From Candidatus Omnitrophota bacterium (lineage in GTDB: Bacteria > Omnitrophota > Gorgyraeia > S143-82), in NCBI GenBank assembly GCA_015494465.1, contig WGBD01000001.1, positions 180,477-244,476 of the forward strand: a DNA stretch of 64,000 nucleotides. Reading direction: 5' to 3'. The position numbers were made by a program, and so were the translations under genes. The notes below the pieces were generated by a model. That model searched no databases and was not told where the DNA came from. It saw only the letters and a program-made list of their open reading frames with translations. Shown here in pieces: positions 58,921 to 64,000 of the stretch (positions are counted from its first letter, which is position 1; each line of letters opens with the position of its first letter).

Positions 58921-58944
58921 AAATGGATTTAAACTTTTTTAAAA

Positions 58945-60852
58945 CTAGTCCTGCCAGGCCCGTCGGAGGAAGAAGAAGACCTTTCGGATCTCTCTCTTAA
59001 ACGGGCTGTCCTTCCCGTCTCCCTGACCGAATAATCCCAACCATTCTTCGTACATGTATCCGTCGATGAAGGGTCCTGCCCATCGGGATTCGGTATTGTG
59101 CACGAACGGCTCGTAGGCCTTCCACCACTCGTCGAGGTACTCAAAGGCAAACCCTCCGATGGCATTTCCCGCGCCATCCCAACCCGCGGAATTGAATAGG
59201 ATGTCCTCCCAACAACCAAGGTAGTACAGGGCCTGCTGTTCCTCTATCTCCTCTCTAGGCATCCCCTTTGCGTAGGCAGGACAACCGTATTCGGTAATCA
59301 TGATGGCCTTGTCCGGAGCAAAGTACCTCGCGGTGTCCCACACATCACCAAATCCACTATTGCCCCGATAGCTATTGAGCCCGTATATGTCCACATCCGG
59401 ACAGTACTTTGCAAACTTATCAAAGAAGAGCATGTCACCGTTGCAGATGGCCACCGGGCGGGAGGGATCCAGCTTCTTTATCATCTTGGCCACCTCGTTG
59501 ACGAACCGATAATAGGCCTCTGGGTTCTCCTTGGCGTTGTTGGCCACGCCGTAATTGTTCTCGTTGCCCAACAACCAAAAGAGCACGAACTCCTCGTCCT
59601 TGAACTCCTCCACCATACTCCTAACGCTATCCATCATGTTCTTGCGGTGTTTCGGATTGGTATAGTCCGTCCCCTCCGCCCAGCTGGCCCCACTACCGAT
59701 GGTATACATCCCAAGGAAGTCTCCCATAACCACCCGGATGCCAAATCGCTTGTACAGATCCCTCAACAAGACCTTGTTCACCTTGCCAGGATGGTGATAC
59801 ACCCTAATGGTATTGACTCCCATTGCCTTCATTATGGAGAAATCACCTACCGATCCCTCGTCTGGGTCCCTCTTGTCGTTGCCATTCCAGTCTATCCAGG
59901 CATCGTAAGGTCCATCTATGAGCCCGTTGTTGTCGTAATCGTAATACATCCAATTCTTGAGCGTCCCCTCGTCCGGGCTCTGTCCCACCTTGGTAGGCGC
60001 ATAGGTGATTCCCTTGATGATGTACGGCTTTCCGTTTACCAACAACTGCCAGTGCCCGTTCTCGTACTGGACCAGCTCGCAGTTCTTCCCTCCCTTTCTC
60101 TTCACCACCCTCTTGCCCCGCAGGTCTACCCGCTTGGGGAAGACCTCCTCTTCCTCCTCTACCCTAACGATCCGACCGGGAGTTACGATAGCCTTATCGT
60201 TAAGGATGTCGTTGTCCATGCCGTTTTCTATGATTATGCTAGCCCCCTCCAGCTTCATCCTTAGGCCGGGATACCTGCGGAGTAGAAACTTGATCCTATA
60301 CAATGAAGCGGGACCCACATACCAAGGGGTATGCCAATAGGTCCAGCCGTAGGTAGCGGGAAAGTGGACCACTATGGCGTAATAGGCCTTGACCGCGTGT
60401 TTCAGGAGACCGGCCCGCTCCAGGATCTGGGCTATGTAGAACTGCCTCACCCCTGGGGATTCAGGTGCACTGCACCACTTGAAGAAGTTGGCCAGGGGAT
60501 CCGGCCCGTAAAGGAAGTTCCAGTGGGAGCCTCGCAACAATCCTTTCTCCCGATATTCCTTGTACTTTGGATCCCAACGGAAACTGGTCGTGTTCGGGTA
60601 GATGCCCTCACCGACCGCCTTAGCAAGGCCCTCTTGATCCTCTATAACATACCTGTACTTATCCGTCCCCACATTCTCAAAGTAACCGTACTTTTCGTAA
60701 TCGACGATGTCCTCGGATCCGTAATCGTAAAGGCTGAACTTAGGGGTGGGCAGGGGCATGGTATAAGGCAGGAATCCTTTCCTCTTCGCACATCCATTGA
60801 GGAGGAAGAGAGAGAGGAACCCCAAAAATACCAACAGGGCCTTACTTCTCAC
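58945..60852 (-). CDS. lipoprotein with TPR-like region and clan GH-A glycoside hydrolase domain
   Basis: Lipobox LNG|C; IKGITYAP, GVNTIRVY, WLLGNENN, MITEYG, GGFAFEYLDEWWK, EEWLGL; DYDNNG and DWNGND loops. Confidence 0.78.
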   Translation of the reverse strand: MRSKALLVFLGFLSLFLLNGCAKRKGFLPYTMPLPTPKFSLYDYGSEDIVDYEKYGYFENVGTDKYRYVIEDQEGLAKAVGEGIYPNTTSFRWDPKYKEYREKGLLRGSHWNFLYGPDPLANFFKWCSAPESPGVRQFYIAQILERAGLLKHAVKAYYAIVVHFPATYGWTYWHTPWYVGPASLYRIKFLLRRYPGLRMKLEGASIIIENGMDNDILNDKAIVTPGRIVRVEEEEEVFPKRVDLRGKRVVKRKGGKNCELVQYENGHWQLLVNGKPYIIKGITYAPTKVGQSPDEGTLKNWMYYDYDNNGLIDGPYDAWIDWNGNDKRDPDEGSVGDFSIMKAMGVNTIRVYHHPGKVNKVLLRDLYKRFGIRVVMGDFLGMYTIGSGASWAEGTDYTNPKHRKNMMDSVRSMVEEFKDEEFVLFWLLGNENNYGVANNAKENPEAYYRFVNEVAKMIKKLDPSRPVAICNGDMLFFDKFAKYCPDVDIYGLNSYRGNSGFGDVWDTARYFAPDKAIMITEYGCPAYAKGMPREEIEEQQALYYLGCWEDILFNSAGWDGAGNAIGGFAFEYLDEWWKAYEPFVHNTESRWAGPFIDGYMYEEWLGLFGQGDGKDSPFKREIRKVFFFLRRAWQD

Positions 60853-61420
60853 AGCTCTGCTCCAGTTTTTCTATCTTGCCCTTGGCCTCTTCTGCGACCT
60901 TCCAATACCAACCTCTAGGATCCCAGTTCTGGGCCAGAGGGAACTCCTTGATCGCCCTGCGGTAGTACTCTATGGCCTTCTGGCAATCGCCCTTTTTCTC
61001 GTAGGCCTCTGCGACGATGTAAAGAGCAGCCCCACAGGCATTTAGTTCGGGATAGTCCTTTTCCTTCCCCGTCTGAGGGAACTTTCCCCCCAGAGACCTC
61101 TGCTCCTCCTGGGCCTTGGCGTAGAACCTGGTCAGGATGGTATTGCTTATCTCTATAGCGGTATCCAAGGCCCCAGCCCCCAGGGCGGACCAGGCCTCGT
61201 TGACCAGCTTATCCGCAGGCAGGCTCTGGAGGGCCTCTTGAGCGATCTCGTACTTTGCCTCCCTCTTGACCTCGTCTTGATGGATCAACTCTTTAGGATC
61301 GAACTGCGGGGCCCCTTTACCCGCAGGGGGAATCTCGATGCGGGCAAACATGTCTTCCTTCCCCCTGCATCCAGAGAGCAAAACGACCCCTAATATGAGG
61401 AACACCCCGAGATAGCGCAT
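60842..61420 (-). CDS. TPR-containing lipoprotein
   Basis: Lipobox LSG|C; TPR-like ALYIVAEAYEKKGDCQKAIEYY; WDPRGWYW motif. Confidence 0.75.
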   Translation of the reverse strand: MRYLGVFLILGVVLLSGCRGKEDMFARIEIPPAGKGAPQFDPKELIHQDEVKREAKYEIAQEALQSLPADKLVNEAWSALGAGALDTAIEISNTILTRFYAKAQEEQRSLGGKFPQTGKEKDYPELNACGAALYIVAEAYEKKGDCQKAIEYYRRAIKEFPLAQNWDPRGWYWKVAEEAKGKIEKLEQSCEK

Positions 61421-61422
61421 GT

Positions 61423-62277
61423 TTAGATCCCGGTTAAGGCACCCTCGGTTACCCCTTTGATTATATGCCTTTGCATGAGAATGTAAACCAAAATAACTGG
61501 GATTACGGTGATGGTGGTTGCTGCCATGAGGAGGGCATAATCCGCTGAGTGGGGGCCCCTAAACACCATCAAGCCTCTCATCAACGGCATCTTCGCCTTG
61601 TCCTGGAGGATCAACATAGCCAACAGATATTCGTTCCACACATTCAAGGTGTTAAAGATTATCACCACCGCTAAGGCCGGTCTGGCCAGAGGCAGGGCCA
61701 CATGCCACCATATCCCCAGACGGGAACAGCCGTCTATCCTCGCAGCGTCCTCCAGATCGCGCGGAAGCTTATCGAAAAAGGTCTTTAAGAGGAATATGCC
61801 AAAGGGAAGTCCTGCATTTATCAAAGGCAGTATGTATCCCAGCCGAGTATTTATAAGCCCGAGCTTGTCTATCAGGACATACAAGGCGATAAAGGCCCCA
61901 GGGACCGGTATCATCATGCTGGCTATCAGGAGGGTGTAGAAAAACCTCCGGTAGGGGAACTCCAACCTGGCAAAGGCATAGGCAGCAAGGGATGAAAAAA
62001 GGACCACGAAAAACACTACTACTACGGTATAGAACACACTATTAAAGAAATACATCCCAAAATGGCCTTTGGTCCAAGCGATGTAAAAATTCTCCCAGTG
62101 GGGATGAGGAGGGATCGCACCCAGACCTATAAACGCGGTCTCGTCCGTCTTCAAGCCGGTTATAAACATCCACCACAAGGGATAAAGACAGAGTATGGCA
62201 ACGAAGGTAAGCACGAAATAGGTGAAGGTATAATCCAAAAAGCGCTGGGCCCTGTAATACAGGCTCGTCCAGGTCAT
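61423..62277 (-). CDS. carbohydrate ABC transporter permease (MalG-like)
   Basis: ENF..AW, AAYAFARL, EAA loop LEDAARIDGCS, WNEY. Confidence 0.92.
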   Translation of the reverse strand: MTWTSLYYRAQRFLDYTFTYFVLTFVAILCLYPLWWMFITGLKTDETAFIGLGAIPPHPHWENFYIAWTKGHFGMYFFNSVFYTVVVVFFVVLFSSLAAYAFARLEFPYRRFFYTLLIASMMIPVPGAFIALYVLIDKLGLINTRLGYILPLINAGLPFGIFLLKTFFDKLPRDLEDAARIDGCSRLGIWWHVALPLARPALAVVIIFNTLNVWNEYLLAMLILQDKAKMPLMRGLMVFRGPHSADYALLMAATTITVIPVILVYILMQRHIIKGVTEGALTGI

Positions 62278-62289
62278 AGTTGTGCCCTT

Positions 62290-63261
62290 TTAATCCTGCC
62301 TCAACTTCCGAGAAACCATAAACAAAACCCTCGCCGACAACAACAGGATAATACCAAAGACTACACCTTCCGCCGCTGCATAACCGAACCTGCGTCGGCC
62401 CATCCACGACAGTATCTGGGTTACCGGTACCTCTGTGTGTCCGGTTGGCCCCCCGTTGGTAGTGGCTGCGATAATGTCGTATATCTGCATCGTCCCCAGA
62501 ATGGTCAATATGGCGACCAACACAAAGACCGGTATCATCATGGGTACGGTGATGTAGATAAACCTCTGCCAGGCATTTGCCCCGTCCACCTTCGCCGCCT
62601 CGTAAATCTGCTGAGGAATGTTCTGCAAGCCTGCCAGCAAGATAACGAACCCCCATCCGAAGCCCTTCCACATGTGAACGAAGGCAACCGCGTTAAGAGC
62701 GGTCTTGGGATCACCCAACCACGGACGCGTCCAGGATTCCAAACCCAACTTTACCAGTATCGTATTCAGCACTCCATCGGGATAACTGTAGATCAGACTC
62801 CACACCAGACCTATCACTATCCCAGAAAGGACCGGTGGTATGTAGAAGATTACCCTGTACACATGCCCACCCCTTATGTCCCTAGCGCACATCAGGGCGA
62901 GAATAAGAGCCACTCCGTTTTGGAGGGTAAGCGCTAGAAAGGTGATCCATCCCGCGTGAAGCATGGAGATCCACCACATCTTATCCGAGGTGAAAATCTC
63001 CCAGAAATTGCGAAACCCTACGAAGGTCATAGGCAGGCCCTTTAAGCCTTCCCACTCCATCAGGGAAAGTTGGAATACCTTGTAGAAGGGATAGACCCCA
63101 AAGACCAAAAAAAGCAACAACGCAGGCAGAATGAACAGGAAGTTCCAAAGAGATGACATAGAGACCTTTTCCCTATAGACGAAAGGTAAAGGGAGGAAGA
63201 TAGCCAACCTCCCAACTTTGAGTATGGCCTGTTTCTTAAAGCCTATCCCGGGAATCCACAT
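62290..63261 (-). CDS. carbohydrate ABC transporter permease (MalF-like)
   Basis: FILPAL, FVGFRNF, EAA loop IYEAAKVDGANAWQRF, TNGGP; start may be ATG 63159. Confidence 0.92.
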   Translation of the reverse strand: MWIPGIGFKKQAILKVGRLAIFLPLPFVYREKVSMSSLWNFLFILPALLLFLVFGVYPFYKVFQLSLMEWEGLKGLPMTFVGFRNFWEIFTSDKMWWISMLHAGWITFLALTLQNGVALILALMCARDIRGGHVYRVIFYIPPVLSGIVIGLVWSLIYSYPDGVLNTILVKLGLESWTRPWLGDPKTALNAVAFVHMWKGFGWGFVILLAGLQNIPQQIYEAAKVDGANAWQRFIYITVPMMIPVFVLVAILTILGTMQIYDIIAATTNGGPTGHTEVPVTQILSWMGRRRFGYAAAEGVVFGIILLLSARVLFMVSRKLRQD

Positions 63262-64000
63262 TATCTTCTAGCGCGTTTCTTCAGTTGCTTGTCCTTTACC
63301 CTCTGCACTTCCTCCGCAACATCTTTAGGGGTCTTTTCTCCAACGATTATGCCCTGAATCCCCCGACAGAAGGTATCCACGACCAAGGGGTCCTCTTGAA
63401 CGGGAAAGTTCCTAGGGTGATACATAAAGTTCATGGCCTTCAAAAATCCCCTCACCTCAGGTGCAAGGAACTCCTCACAGCCCTTTACTGCCGGCAAGGA
63501 ATTAGCGTCTCTGACGAACCTTACTTGCTGGTCCTTCTCCGTAAGCCACTTCAGGAACTCTATCGCCTTTTCCGCTCGGGGGGACTTACCGTTAACCACG
63601 AAGAAGGTTCCTGCTCCTCCCCAGACGCCCACAGGATTGGCGTCTGAGATCTTGGGAGGCAACATCGTCCCGAAATGGAGATTGCTATTCATGTGCTTGT
63701 AGACATTTACGCACCAAGAGCCGTTGAAGGCAAAAGCGGTCTTGCCTCTAGCAAAGTCCCTTTCCGCTTCCTTGTTGGACTTGATGACTATCCCAGGTAT
63801 AAACACACCTGCCTTGCGCATCTTATCGAAGACCTCGAAGACCCTGACCCAATCCGGATCGGTGTACTTTACCTCACCCCGGTAGGTAGCGATCATCTTT
63901 TCCTCACCCATGATATTCCAGGCGAAGTTAGACGCCATACACTCCACGAGCCACAACTCCCCAAAACCCGTAACCAGGCCATCTACTCCAACCTTTTCCT
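63261..64000 (-). CDS. carbohydrate ABC transporter solute-binding protein (3' part; starts beyond the window)
   Basis: FARGKTAFAFNGSW, AIEFLKWL, KTPKDVAEEV; frame open to the window edge. Confidence 0.88.
   Translation of the reverse strand, partial: EKVGVDGLVTGFGELWLVECMASNFAWNIMGEEKMIATYRGEVKYTDPDWVRVFEVFDKMRKAGVFIPGIVIKSNKEAERDFARGKTAFAFNGSWCVNVYKHMNSNLHFGTMLPPKISDANPVGVWGGAGTFFVVNGKSPRAEKAIEFLKWLTEKDQQVRFVRDANSLPAVKGCEEFLAPEVRGFLKAMNFMYHPRNFPVQEDPLVVDTFCRGIQGIIVGEKTPKDVAEEVQRVKDKQLKKRARR

Noticed and set aside
53745-58945. AT-rich AAACTTTTT-like tracts near the ROK and CBM promoters as ROK operators
   Set aside because: No convincing shared palindrome could be defined by eye

Overview
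Bacterial chromosomal window, almost entirely minus-strand coding. It has four parts. (1) 1-8.1 kb, housekeeping: tRNA-Glu(CTC), LolA-like protein, yggT, proC, riboflavin synthase, ribD, PHP protein, trpS, NYN protein, pckG. (2) 8.2-47.5 kb, an apparent ~39-kb operon: a sigma70-like promoter, 14 consecutive Flp/Tad prepilin-like genes (three missed by the ORF track), tadB, tadC and a 31.4-kb gene for a ~10,450-aa multi-pass membrane protein. Read by eye, that protein carries a signal peptide, a C39-like peptidase followed directly by a double-glycine leader-like site, a lower-GC beta-rich segment, a SecA-like SF2 ATPase, degenerate YD-like repeats and a C-terminal domain with the motif series of eukaryotic FKS/callose (GT48) beta-1,3-glucan synthases. 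(3) 47.5-52.4 kb: hldD, a PpiD/SurA-like chaperone, an isolated PilC/GspF gene and a coiled-coil protein. (4) 52.4-64 kb, a carbohydrate locus: ROK regulator, outer-membrane beta-barrel, two clan GH-A hydrolases, tandem CBM-like protein, TPR lipoprotein and a sugar ABC importer. A giant gene beside a Tad cluster suggests Candidatus Omnitrophota (inference). All domain calls come from reading motifs by eye; no database search was run. No CRISPR array, rRNA or mobile element was seen. Residue numbers for the giant protein follow the ORF track (start 39601).
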